From: a virus
Lineage: Duplodnaviria; Caudoviricetes
Strand: one strand, 5' to 3'
IMG/VR virus record: IMGVR_UViG_3300029258_001781
Coordinates: 1 to 53,009 of that record
DNA: 53,009 nucleotides
The notes under the pieces were generated by a model. It ran no database searches, was not told where the DNA came from, and saw nothing but the letters and a program-made list of their open reading frames with translations. Positions 26,342 to 37,200 of this stretch are shown piece after piece (position 1 is the stretch's first letter; every line of letters begins with the position of its first letter). Both the position numbers and the translations under genes were made by a program.

Positions 26342-27502
26342 ATGGAGAACGACGATCAGCAAGCCTTGGAGGTACAAGCGACCGTACACCCGATTCAGGC
26401 AATGGAGCGGTCGCAGCTTGAGACTCAGATTGAGCTGGCCCATAAGTACCCGCGCGACGTGGCGAAGTGTTTGGACAACGCCAAGTCTCTCATCGAGATG
26501 GACCAGACCACCGCGCGCGAGGCGTTCTACAGTCTGGATCACTACGGCGGCGCCCCCGTGGTCGGCCCGAGTATCCGCATGGCCGAAATGCTGGCGTCGT
26601 CGTGGGGCCACATCACCTACGGATCGCGTCCGCTCGATATTGAGGATAAGGTCGTGCGCGCCCAGGGTGTCTGCTACGACTTCCAGACGAATACGCGCGT
26701 GGTGGTGGAGAAAACCCGGCCGATCGTGGACAAGCGTGGCGTGCGCTTCACCAAGGCGCACCTGATCAACAACGCCATGCTGGCGGCACAGGCGATCGCC
26801 GAGCGTGATGCTATCTTGAAGGTAATCCCGCGGGCCTACGCCAACAAGCTGATGGACGAAGCCATGGAGATCGCCAGCGGCAAAGGGTTGACCATGGGCG
26901 AGAAGGTGAACGCCGCGATTGCAGCGTTCGCCGACCTCGACGAGTCGATCACCGACAAGATGCTGTTCCTCGTGCTGGGCGTGCAGGACAAACGCTCTAT
27001 GACGATCGCCCATGTCACGCGGCTGCGTACCATCTACAGCACGATTCGCGAGGGGCACGCGACCATTCACGACTACCTCATGCAAGACCCGGGCGAAGAA
27101 GATGGCGCGGCGAAGGAGTCGAAGAACAAGATGACCGAGGCGGCGAAGAAGGCGGAGGAAGCGAAGAAGGCGAAGAAGCCGCCGGCGGACAAGAAAAAGA
27201 AACCCGACCAGGAGCCCGAGCCGCCGGCCAAGGATCCGGAGCCCGAACCCGAGGAGAAGGAAGAGCCCCCCGAGCCGGAAGTCGAACCGGAGCCGGAGCA
27301 GGAGCCCGATGAAGACGGCGTCGTTGAAGAAGAGGCGCCGGATCGGGAGGCTTTGCTGATTGAGTGGGAAGAAGAGTCCGCGCCCCTGAGCAAGAAGGCG
27401 CGCATGCAAATCCTCGAAGACGTCGGCAGTCTCGACGGCGTTGCGGCCAACCTCGATGCTGACCAGCTTGCACAGGCGGTCAGTCTCGCAAAAGGAGATT
27501 AG
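26342..27502 (+). CDS. Putative single-strand annealing recombinase partner
   Basis: Follows the exonuclease; AHKYPRD, GPSIRMAE motifs; acidic Pro-rich C-terminus. Confidence 0.6.
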   Translation: MENDDQQALEVQATVHPIQAMERSQLETQIELAHKYPRDVAKCLDNAKSLIEMDQTTAREAFYSLDHYGGAPVVGPSIRMAEMLASSWGHITYGSRPLDIEDKVVRAQGVCYDFQTNTRVVVEKTRPIVDKRGVRFTKAHLINNAMLAAQAIAERDAILKVIPRAYANKLMDEAMEIASGKGLTMGEKVNAAIAAFADLDESITDKMLFLVLGVQDKRSMTIAHVTRLRTIYSTIREGHATIHDYLMQDPGEEDGAAKESKNKMTEAAKKAEEAKKAKKPPADKKKKPDQEPEPPAKDPEPEPEEKEEPPEPEVEPEPEQEPDEDGVVEEEAPDREALLIEWEEESAPLSKKARMQILEDVGSLDGVAANLDADQLAQAVSLAKGD

Positions 27503-27504
27503 CG

Positions 27505-28047
27505 TTGAAGTTTCGTAAGAAGCCGGTCGTAATTCATGCCGTTCAGTTCGACGGCAACAACCACGCCGAGGTCGTTGAGTTCTCGATGGCGAACGTATCG
27601 CACTCGGAACAAGACGGCAGCCTCACAATCGAAACGCTGGAAGGCACCCTCACGGTGTCGCCGGGTGACTGGGTCATTAAGGGGGTGAAGGGCGAGCACT
27701 ACCCCTGCAAGCCTGATATTTTCGAGCAAACCTACCAGCCCGCAGACTTGAGCATGAATTTCGGACAGGCCATTGAGGCACTCAAGAACGGCAACAAAGT
27801 CTGTCGTGCTGGCTGGAACGGCAAGGGCATGTGGATCGTGCTCATGCCTGCGTTGAGCCTGCCGCCGCATTCGTCGCAGGAGCCCGGAGCCAAGGTCAAC
27901 GACCGCACTGCCAAGCACATCGGCGAGGATACGCCGCTCGACTCGCAGCCGTACATCGCCATGTGGACCGCGCAGGGGCAGTGGCAGCCGGGATGGTTGG
28001 CGTCCCAGGCCGACATGCTCGCCGAGGACTGGCAGATCGCCGATTAA
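27505..28047 (+). CDS. Fusion of KKPVV/PGDW domain and DUF2829 (Tad2-like nucleotide sponge)
   Basis: N-term FRKKPVVIHAVQ...PGDWVIKG...YPCKPDIFEQTY; C-term MNFGQAIEALKNG.KV.RAGWNGKGM...WLASQADMLAEDW. Confidence 0.8.
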   Translation: MKFRKKPVVIHAVQFDGNNHAEVVEFSMANVSHSEQDGSLTIETLEGTLTVSPGDWVIKGVKGEHYPCKPDIFEQTYQPADLSMNFGQAIEALKNGNKVCRAGWNGKGMWIVLMPALSLPPHSSQEPGAKVNDRTAKHIGEDTPLDSQPYIAMWTAQGQWQPGWLASQADMLAEDWQIAD

Positions 28048-28075
28048 CGACACCACCAAACCGTAAGGACACAAC

Positions 28076-28534
28076 ATGCTCACCGAGATTTACGCAACCC
28101 TGGACAAACACGTGGCGTCGGCCAAGTCCGACAACATCGAAATCACCTGCACGATCCCGCATGAACTGGCAGTCGAAGAATTTCTGCTGCACATGCGGCA
28201 CAACAAGCACTACCTGCGCATGACCGACTTCGACCGCGGCAATGGCAAGACCAAGGAGTGGCCGGAGATTCTGGGCTCGATCAAGGGTCCGAAGTTTCCC
28301 GACAAGAACGACTCGCCGGGCTCGTTTGTCTTCGTCACCGAGTACAACATGGCCGTGCTCAAGGCTCTCGACTGGATTCGCAAGTGCGACCCGCGGCAGA
28401 TCCGTTTTGTCGATTCGCAGATGATGATTCCCAGCGACGACGATGACGAGCAGGAAGACGATCCGCAGACGGAGATCAGCACCGAGCCTGACGAGGGGTC
28501 GGAGCCCGAAGAAGAAGAAGAAGAAACCGAGTAG
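28076..28534 (+). CDS. Hypothetical protein with acidic tail
   Basis: AAGGA RBS. Confidence 0.7.
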   Translation: MLTEIYATLDKHVASAKSDNIEITCTIPHELAVEEFLLHMRHNKHYLRMTDFDRGNGKTKEWPEILGSIKGPKFPDKNDSPGSFVFVTEYNMAVLKALDWIRKCDPRQIRFVDSQMMIPSDDDDEQEDDPQTEISTEPDEGSEPEEEEEETE

Positions 28535-28553
28535 CCGGCGGCAATGGAAACCC

Positions 28554-28588
28554 AGCCCGCCCATGCTTCGGTGTGGGCGGGTTTTTTA
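28554..28588 (+). terminator. Intrinsic terminator
   Basis: GCCCGCCCATGC-TTCG-GTGTGGGCGGG followed by T7. Confidence 0.9.
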
Positions 28589-28603
28589 TGAAAGGACGGC
28601 GCT

Positions 28604-28843
28604 ATGAACGTCGACTTGTTGAAAATGACTGCGCTTGCCGACAGCATCTACTCGACGAAACTTTCGGGCCTACATTCGAGCGAGCAGTTCTTGGTGATCG
28701 AAATGCTGAAAGCGAAGTGGGCCGAAACTCAAATTCGCCAGCACTGTATAGCGGCGGTGGCGCGAGTAGAGCCCGCATTGATAGATGAGATCACGGAAAA
28801 AGTAACTGAAAAGCTGGGTGACAAGAGGGAGCCGAGGTTTTGA
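28604..28843 (+). CDS. Hypothetical protein
   Basis: AAGGA RBS. Confidence 0.6.
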   Translation: MNVDLLKMTALADSIYSTKLSGLHSSEQFLVIEMLKAKWAETQIRQHCIAAVARVEPALIDEITEKVTEKLGDKREPRF

Positions 28844-29721
28844 GTAAGGACACGGCGATCGAGTGGTGCGATAGTTCCTGCAATCCACTGATGGGCTGCG
28901 AGGGCTGCGAGTTGTGGCATCCCGAGCGTGGCGGCACATGCTACGCGGCCGCATGGGTCGATCGGTACAAGGGCAGCAAGGGCTATCCCGACAACTTCGG
29001 CCAACCCCAGTGGTTCCCTGGCCGGGCGGAGCAGGCGGCGGACTGGAGCGACCTGACTGGCGAGAAGAGACCCGATAAGCCGTGGCTCAACGGCCGGCCG
29101 CGGCACATCTTCAACGTCGACATGGGGGATCTGTTCTCCAAGCAGATCGCTTTCGAGGACATACTGACCCACGCATGGGAACCCATGATGAGCATTCCGG
29201 GGCGCCGGCACGTGTGGCTGGTGCTGACGAAGCGCCCCCGTCGCGCGGTCGAGTACGAGGAGTGGCAGCGCTGGACGAGGGCGATCGTGCGGCCGCGCAA
29301 CGTCATGCTGATGGTAAGCATCACCGACCAGAACAGCGTCAAGCGGCTCGACCCGTTGGCGAAACTGGACCCGGCCATCCCGATCGGCGCCAGCATCGAG
29401 CCCTTGCTTGGCCCGGTAAACCTGTTTCCTGCCCTCTCACAGTTCGATCGCGACCCACCGCTGGACTGGGTAATCGTTGGGGGCGAGTCTGGCCCTGACA
29501 GGCGCCCCATGCAACCCGACTGGGTCCGCCTGATTCGGGACCAGTGCCAACAGTGGGGCATCCCGTTCTTCTACAAGCAGCGCGTGACTTCGAAGGGAAA
29601 GGATCACGTGCCGGAAATCGACGGGCGGCAGTGGGTCGAGATGCCAAACATCGGGGCATCACCGCTTGGCCCGCGGCCGTACATGGGTAAACATGGCTGG
29701 TGCCAGGAGGTAGCGACGTGA
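28840..29721 (+). CDS. DUF5131 / phage Gp37Gp68 family protein (radical-SAM-like)
   Basis: TAIEWCD...GC..C...CYA, DMGDLF, LTKRP, SIEPLLG, WVIVGGESG, PFFYKQ. Confidence 0.9.
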   Translation: MSKDTAIEWCDSSCNPLMGCEGCELWHPERGGTCYAAAWVDRYKGSKGYPDNFGQPQWFPGRAEQAADWSDLTGEKRPDKPWLNGRPRHIFNVDMGDLFSKQIAFEDILTHAWEPMMSIPGRRHVWLVLTKRPRRAVEYEEWQRWTRAIVRPRNVMLMVSITDQNSVKRLDPLAKLDPAIPIGASIEPLLGPVNLFPALSQFDRDPPLDWVIVGGESGPDRRPMQPDWVRLIRDQCQQWGIPFFYKQRVTSKGKDHVPEIDGRQWVEMPNIGASPLGPRPYMGKHGWCQEVAT

Positions 29722-29876
29722 ACCTTGAGCCCCAAGTCGACAATCGCGTCCCGGAAAACTGTGTCCTGATCATCGGCGCCAACGAAACCGCGGTGCTCCT
29801 GCACATGCCTTCTGGCACCATATTCACTTACGATCACGGTGCTGTTTCCGTGACAGTATCACAGGACTCTTGCTGA
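29718..29876 (+). CDS. 52-aa hypothetical protein
   Basis: AGGAGG RBS, GTGA overlap. Confidence 0.45.
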   Translation: MNLEPQVDNRVPENCVLIIGANETAVLLHMPSGTIFTYDHGAVSVTVSQDSC

Positions 29877-29898
29877 CTGATTCGGGATCGTGTACGCT
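29870..29898 (+). promoter_or_regulatory. Possible sigma70-type promoter P4
   Basis: TTGCTG-17 bp-TACGCT upstream of the lipoprotein gene. Confidence 0.5.
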
Positions 29899-29926
29899 GT
29901 GGGGCATCACCAACAGGAGACGACCC

Positions 29927-30442
29927 ATGCGAATGATGATTGCTTTTACCGCCCTCACCCTTCTCGCCGGCTGCGCGTCCATCCCAGGCGGCATGCTGGC
30001 CCAGTCCCGCATCAGCATCTCCACCGACGTCGTCAAGGTCGACGGCACGAAGGAAAAGACCAAGGTCAAAGCCCAAGGCGAGGCCGCGCAAACGGTCAAC
30101 ATTGAGCGCCAGGGCGAAGCGTATAGCCCGGACGCGGTGCAGGATGGGCACGGCAACGTCTGGCCAGACAGCCCGTCCATGCTTTCCGTGAACAGCGACC
30201 ACAGCGTTCAGACCCCATGGGCGATGGAGGTTGCTAGTGGCTTGCGTGTCGCTCTTGAACAGACCCCCGAAACGGTTGGCCAACTCATGCAGGGCATCAC
30301 GGCTATCAATTCGCTGCCCGACAGCGCTGTGCCGGTGCCCAACTTCCGCGAGATGTTGATACGCGGTCTGGTCGAGCGCTTTCTTGGACGCTTCGCCGGT
30401 GACGATGCGCCCGACCTTGATTTGTCCTCACTCCTCCCGTAA
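29927..30442 (+). CDS. Lipoprotein
   Basis: Signal peptide with lipobox LAGC; AGGAG RBS. Confidence 0.8.
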   Translation: MRMMIAFTALTLLAGCASIPGGMLAQSRISISTDVVKVDGTKEKTKVKAQGEAAQTVNIERQGEAYSPDAVQDGHGNVWPDSPSMLSVNSDHSVQTPWAMEVASGLRVALEQTPETVGQLMQGITAINSLPDSAVPVPNFREMLIRGLVERFLGRFAGDDAPDLDLSSLLP

Positions 30443-30449
30443 CGCAATC

Positions 30450-30896
30450 ATGGATTGGTTTACCAACTACGGGGCGTATCAAACCCTGCTCCACTGCTTG
30501 GGCGGCGATGTTGGGTGGATTGCCGCTCTGGTCGTGTTCAGCTTTACCAACTGCATCGGCTACCTGATGATCGCGGCCCATTGGCGCGGTCTGGCGGCGA
30601 CGATCTCAGACCATGATTTGAAGAAAGACGTGAGCAGGCTGATGTTTATTTTCGCGTTCTGTGGTCTGACGTACCTCTGGGTCATTGTCGATCTGGTGTG
30701 GCCAGGCTGGAGAGCCTACATCCTGTTCGTGCTGCTTCCCCTCAACTTCTTCACCTGGCGGTTTTATGGGGGCGCCAGCGCGTTCCAAGGCTTACGGGAT
30801 TCATCGAATCGACATGAAGCACGGAGCAAACAACTGGCGGAGTTGGAGTCGCAACTAGCGGAGCTACAGAGCATGCGCAACAGGAGGGGGCATTGA
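30450..30896 (+). CDS. 3-TM membrane protein (ethylene-receptor-like TM domain plus coiled coil)
   Basis: IGYLMI and FIFAFCGLTY helices. Confidence 0.65.
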   Translation: MDWFTNYGAYQTLLHCLGGDVGWIAALVVFSFTNCIGYLMIAAHWRGLAATISDHDLKKDVSRLMFIFAFCGLTYLWVIVDLVWPGWRAYILFVLLPLNFFTWRFYGGASAFQGLRDSSNRHEARSKQLAELESQLAELQSMRNRRGH

Positions 30897-31228
30897 TGGA
30901 TGAGCATGGCGGCTATGACGCGCTTTGGCGAATACTAGGAATCGTTCAGTGGGTTTTGGTCGTCGCCATTGTCCCGTCCGGTCTGTTCATCGTTCGCCTA
31001 TGGTCGGACCTTCGCCAGCTACAGGGAAAGGTCGGAGCAATGGAGCATGATCACACGTCAGCATTAGCACTTGCCAAGAACATATCGAGCTTGACCGTAG
31101 AGTTGAAGCACGATCGCGAACAGCTCAAGCGCCAAGAACTCGCTCTCGATAAAATGTACGACGAGGTCAAGACCATAAAAGAAAGGGTCATCAGGCTCGA
31201 CGAGCGCGATCAGTTGCGCAAGGACTAG
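30896..31228 (+). CDS. Single-TM coiled-coil protein (holin/spanin-like)
   Basis: N-terminal TM plus heptads; GGAGG RBS. Confidence 0.6.
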   Translation: MDEHGGYDALWRILGIVQWVLVVAIVPSGLFIVRLWSDLRQLQGKVGAMEHDHTSALALAKNISSLTVELKHDREQLKRQELALDKMYDEVKTIKERVIRLDERDQLRKD

Positions 31229-34200
31229 AACGACCCAGGCAATGACGGCATGCGCGGCGGCTTAGGCAATTCCGGAATCCCGACACCCCGCTGCTGCTGG
31301 GTCGGCGGCATGTAGGGTCGAGGGCGCCCAGTCATCGCCGCCACAGCGTCGGCCGTAGGCATCCCAGCCTCTTGAATCAGCACCCGTCGAATCTGCCCCG
31401 CATTCATGCCAAGCGAGCGCGCGTTGTCCACGTACTCGGACAGCCGGCGGAAGTGGGCAGCACGAGCGGCATCGGCCTTGGCACGCGCTTCTTCCTCGGG
31501 CATGAACTGGCGAATGTCGTTCTGGTACTGGGAACCGATCTCACGGAAACGGCGATTGACGTCCGCCCCCTTGAACTTGAGCGCGTCTTCGAGCTTGAAA
31601 CCACCGAAGCGGAGCCCGAAGAGCGCCACGAGTTCGTCCTGGAGATCATAGGTGCGTTCGCTTCCCTCGGCCGGCCGCCCCTGCTGGGCGCGGACAATTC
31701 GCTCGAGCGCATTCAGGAAGCCCGGGGCGAGATTCCGGAGCGCCACACCGCGGCCCTGGGGTCCACCCAACGCCGGTAGAACTGAGCCCTCTCGGTCAAT
31801 GAGACGTCGCCCTGTGATGAACTCCACCATGAAGTTGGGCGCGATGCCCATGCTGCTGAAATTGCCGATCACGTCGGCCGCGCCATCAGCCATGGCATCC
31901 ACCCAGTTGTCACCGCGCATCATGGCCACGATCGGACGGCGAAGGACCGCATACGGGTCGGTGAATCCAATATCCACGTACCGCTTGTTCCCGTTCTTGT
32001 CGGGCAGGAAGTAAATCGGGTTGTTCGCAGACCATGGCGGCAGCCCGAGGTTCCGCATCGCCTCTTCCTTCTCGCCGTCGATCTCCTCCGCGGCCGCACT
32101 CATCATCTGCAATGCCATCGGAATGGCGCCGGCGGCTAGGATACCCACGACACGCTCGGCCCCAATGCGACGGAGCTCGGGGTTTTCCGATCGCAACTCC
32201 TGCTGCGTCAGGTCGACGATGTTGATCGAGGTACGGAAAATCTCCGCCGGCCACGAGATGAAGTCTGCACGTACTAGGTTGAGAAGGGGCTGATCCTTGA
32301 GACTGTTCACGAGTCGGCTGATTCGGCCGTAGGTGGGGTACGTGTTTCGGATCATGTCCGCTACGTACTCCTCCAGCTCTTGCTCACTCCATCCTTCGGA
32401 GCGCGCGTAGTTGGCGTACCGCTTCTTCTTGGTTTCGAACGCGGCGATCTTCCAGAACGTGTCGCCGGCCTGATACAGATCCTCCGCCGCGCGATTGATC
32501 TTGGAAAGCGTTGCGACCACGTCGTTGCCCCGGTTCTGAATCTCCGAACGCGAATAGGCGCTCAGTTCTCTGCGCAGCGACCGCAACTCCTGCACAGTGG
32601 CGTCCTGCTCGAACAGGTTCAATTCAATCAGCCGCTCGGTGTACTGCCAGAGCGCTTCGGTGTCCGCCTCGACTCCAGTGATAGCCCCAATGGCTTCCTG
32701 TGGGCTCCGTGACAGCACTTTCATGGCCGAGTACATGGATTCGGGCGCGTGGCGAGAAAGCAGGTCACCATTGGCCGTGGCGATGAGCGTATTGCCCACG
32801 AAGTTGCGCACCTGGGACGCCGGGTTGTAGACCGTCTTGCCCTCGCGGATGATCGACAGGGTGGTGTTCACTGCCGCTGTGAGCTGGTCTTGCGTCTTGG
32901 CTTGGTAAACGTCCTTGAATGCGTCGGCGATTTCCTTGGTGGTGTAGAGCCCATCGATCGGCTTCATACGCTGGTTGCCGTCGGATGCAATGCGAGTGTC
33001 GAACTGCGGATTCGGGGGCTTTTCGAACAGGAACACGCCCATGCCCTCGGCCACGATGGTATCCAGCATCATCTTGTTCGAAATGAGGTTCGCGACCGTC
33101 TTCACCGAGTTGGCCGCGTTGACCCGTGGGTCGTTGTACTCACCCATCAAGCGGCGAATCGGCTTCGCAATGAACTTGCGCTTGATGAGACTGGTAATGT
33201 CCTGACTGCCCAGCGTCGGGCCCTGCATGGCGAGGAACCCGTCCTTCGAAGCTGCTTCCTGGCCGCGGCGGAGTAGCGCAGAGATATGTCCGTCGACCTC
33301 GTCCATGGTCATGTCCGGGAACTGGGAATGCACGTACTCCCGCGCGTCCTGCATGATCTGCTGGTCCTGCTGCACCTCGTCAAACCACCGTGGATTGTCG
33401 AACATCTGGTACGAGCGGCGGGTCCAGTACCCCATGTTGCTCTCCACGATAAACGCCATGTCGCCGGCAAACACGCCGTTGTCCAGACCGTACTGCACGA
33501 GATCGTCGATGCTCTCACGCTGGCGCTGCACCGCCCGTAGCGTGTCGGGTTTCAGGTTGGGTGGCCGGTCGATCAGCATGTCGCGATCGTTTTCGAGGGA
33601 CGCGATGTACTCCATGCCGGAGGCGATGCCCTGCTCGTCGATCTCACCCTTGGCCATAAGGTTTTGAAGCTGCATGCGGGTGCGCGTCAGCTCCATCTGA
33701 ATGTCCTGAAGTTCGCCGTTGGTCAGCACCCGGTTGGCCTCTTTCCATGCGGCCGCACGTTCAGCCTTCGAACTGTACTCCCGGTGGATTGCCCGCGCGA
33801 GGATCTGATTGTTCCGCTCTGTGCGCCTGGCCATCTTGTTGCGGAAGCCCTCGGCGCGCTCCTTCTCCTGAAACGCAATCTCTGGAAGATCGCCGCCGGT
33901 CTTGAGCCACTTGCGCGCCGGCTTCTTGATGGCGTTGCCAACTTCCTCGATCCCTGGCACACGCACAAAGCCGCGCCGGCCAGCCTTGGGGTCGAATCCA
34001 AATAGATCGTCTTGGTCGTCGTCCTCGAACTCCGCGGGGTCGAACAGGGGGCCCTCGTCTTCGAACATGGACAACTGCTGCTCGCTGCTACGGCTCTCGA
34101 TTTCGTCGATAACCTTGGTAACTTCGGTCGTTGATTCTCCCGACTCTTCGAGCACAAGCCTCTGCATCTTGAGATGTTCGATCGCCTCGACCTCGCCACC

Positions 34201-37200
34201 GTACAAACCGATCGCGGTCAACGCATCCTGGCTGTAGTTCGGGTCGAATCGCGGAAACACCGTGCGCGACACAGCAGGCCCGGAAAGCAGTTCGGCCAAA
34301 CGCGACGGGTCGGGGTTGTACTCCCCAAGGATGCCCAGCAGTTCTGCTTCCTGCAAAGCCTGATCCCACGTGTACGCACCATCGCGACGAAAGTATCCTG
34401 GCTGCGGACGCCCACTGGTGAAGCCCAGATCCTCGTAGCCGATTGCGCCGTTCGGGTCGGGCGGCTTGATGCCGGCACGCTTCATGTGGCTTCGAAACTC
34501 TTGCAGTGCTTCGTTGGCATCCTCGACGACCTCCTCCACAGGCACCGGCTCGATCGGCTTGCGAATCCAGTTGTTCTCGCCATCACCCTCGGGCCGGAAG
34601 CCACGACGTTGCAGCCCTTCGGCGAACTGCTCCGTCTGCACCTGCTCCACGTAGATCGGCACGTCGGGGTATCGCGCGGCCAGCATGCCCAGCAGCTCAT
34701 CGAAGCTACCCTGTCCCGCATCACGCGCTTGGACGTTGATGATGCCCAGCGCTTTCTTGGCCTTGCCGCGGGCTCCCCATCGGAAGGTCAGATTGGAGAA
34801 CTTGTCCGTCTCGAAGACGAGCGTTTTGCGCTTGCCTTCGAACTCATCGAGTTCCTGCAACACCTTGCCGATCGTCGGCTTGGCCATGCTGGGCGGGTCA
34901 TCCGCGAGTCGCTGAATCAGTTCTTTCCTTGTCGACGCAGTGTGAACCGGGCCGCCGTATTCGGGAGTGCCGCCCGGACCCATGCGCTGGTCTTCACCCA
35001 GAAGGTGCCACACCTTGCCTACGTCGTTGAACTGCGTCCACGTCACATCGTAGACCCGGTCGCCGATCGTCACGGGGTAGATGGGCGATTGCGAGGTATC
35101 GGGTTCGCCGTTCGCTGACTCGGGGTAAAAGCGCTTGCCGATTACGGGCTCTGGGCTGTCTTGGGACGCGCTCGATTGCCGTGCATTTTCTGCTGCAAGC
35201 GCATCCGTGTTTTTTGCAGGGTCGTACACCATCAGCGTCTTGCCGCCCTCGTGCGGCACAAAGCCGAGTGAGCGATAAAACTCGCGGAGTTGCGCAGCGC
35301 TCGCCTTATCCCCTGCGGCTGATCCTATTGGGCCAGGCTCGATTACAAGGGGCAGACCGACCTCATGCGTTGCATGCAGAACGTCCAGCATGGCTTGTCG
35401 CGCAAGCCCTTGACGACGCGACTGGGGGTCTACCTCGATTGCCTCCAGCACCAAATACTCGTCCTGATGATTGGCGCCGATCCAGACCTCACCGGGCGTC
35501 CTCTCGTACAATTCCCTTGTGGAAACCGCAGCCTTCACCTTGCCGTCGCGCATAACGACGGTAGTCCATTGGGTGCCTCCAGACGTCACCGCGTCCTTGT
35601 CACCCGGCGGAACCACCTTGTTGCCACCACCAGCCATCGCATTAAACCACTGGGCCCATGGCTCGTTGGGCGGGAACTGCTCGGGATTCAGCTTATCGAA
35701 ATCCGGTTCGAGGGCTGGGGCGGTTTTGCGGGAAGGTTGCCCCCCACTCAGAATATCCTCGCTGGTCGTTTGTCCGGTGGGCTGTTGGGACTCCATCGCC
35801 GTCAGCGTTTCGGCTGATCGGGCCAAGGCGTCGTCGCGCTGATTGGGTTGCTGCTCCTGCTGAAACCCTCGGCCGGCGGCGTAGTTCTCGTATGCCACTT
35901 CACGGGCGTCAGGCGACAACGGCAATAACTGATACTGCGACAGCGTGTCATCGTCCAGCGAGGTCTCACTGAAGATGACGCCCCGGTTCCCATCCAGATC
36001 GATCCAGTTTCCAAGGTCCGCCAAGCCCGTGCCGCCTGCACTGATGGGGCGATTGGGGCTCAGGTAGGCAAACTCACCCTCGGGATATTCACCATCCCGT
36101 TCCATAATCGAGTGCTTCGCGATGATGAAGTCGTTCACCTGTTCGCCGGCCAGGGGATATGGATCATCCATCGGGGGATGGTCTTGTAGCGCATCACCGA
36201 TCGTGTTGTACGTGGTGTGTCCGGTTGGCTCGCCGTTCGGGTCCATATACGTGACTTGAATCATCCCGGGCTCTGCGGTCGAGCGATGGATGATGTGCCC
36301 TCGTGCGGACATGATCGCGCCCTGTGGCATCTCGTCAACGTTCGGCTCGGTGGCTCGCGCTGGCGCCGGCTCGATGTAGTTCGGATTGCGGACAAAGCGC
36401 TTGCCAGGGAGCACGTTCAGTCGCGGGTTGGTCCCCTCGCTTGCCGCTTGCAGCGCATCCAGCGCATTCGATAGGGAAATCTTCGCCGCCCGTGCGACTT
36501 CATCCGCAAACATCGGCTCATCGCCCACCTGCTCCACGGCTGGATTGGGCTGGGGTTCACCGGCTTTCGCCCGCTCCAGCGCTTCTGCGGCCCAGCCGCC
36601 GTTCTTGTAGGCTTCCAGCACTTCGGCCGGAACATCCTCGCCACGCTGCACCGCGTTCTTGACGTGATTCGCGTGTGCTGCTTTCCGAACGGCCACAGTA
36701 TCCGCATCACGAGAATCGCCAACGAACTGGGCCTTGGTCATCTGCCACGGCTGCTTGCCTTCGGCCTCAAGTTGTTCGCGCGTGGGGCTTGTTTTTTTCG
36801 TGGCTGCGCTTTGCTTGGGAGGCTTAAGCTTGATCTGTCTTTTCGCGCCGTTCTTGTCAACTCGCGTCACAGACTCTAGGCCAATCTCCGCGAAGTGTTT
36901 GCGGCTCGAAGCGGAGTCCATCATGGACTGGCGACCATGGTAAATGTATGCGCTTCCAGTCTCGCTGGCCCGCCTCATCGCGTAGCGCTCGGCCTGTTCT
37001 TGCGTCGTCCATGGTAGCGCTTCATCTACCTGCTGGGTGGGCTCGGGCTCAGGGGCTGCTGCTGGCTCGCTTGCCACGTTTGCCGTAGTCTCTTGCGCCG
37101 CCCGGAACTGCTTGCGGTTGTTCTCGATCGTCTCCGTGGCATCTTCCATCTTCTCGACGTAGACGGTGCTGCCAAACTCCTTGTCCGTGAATACGAGGTA

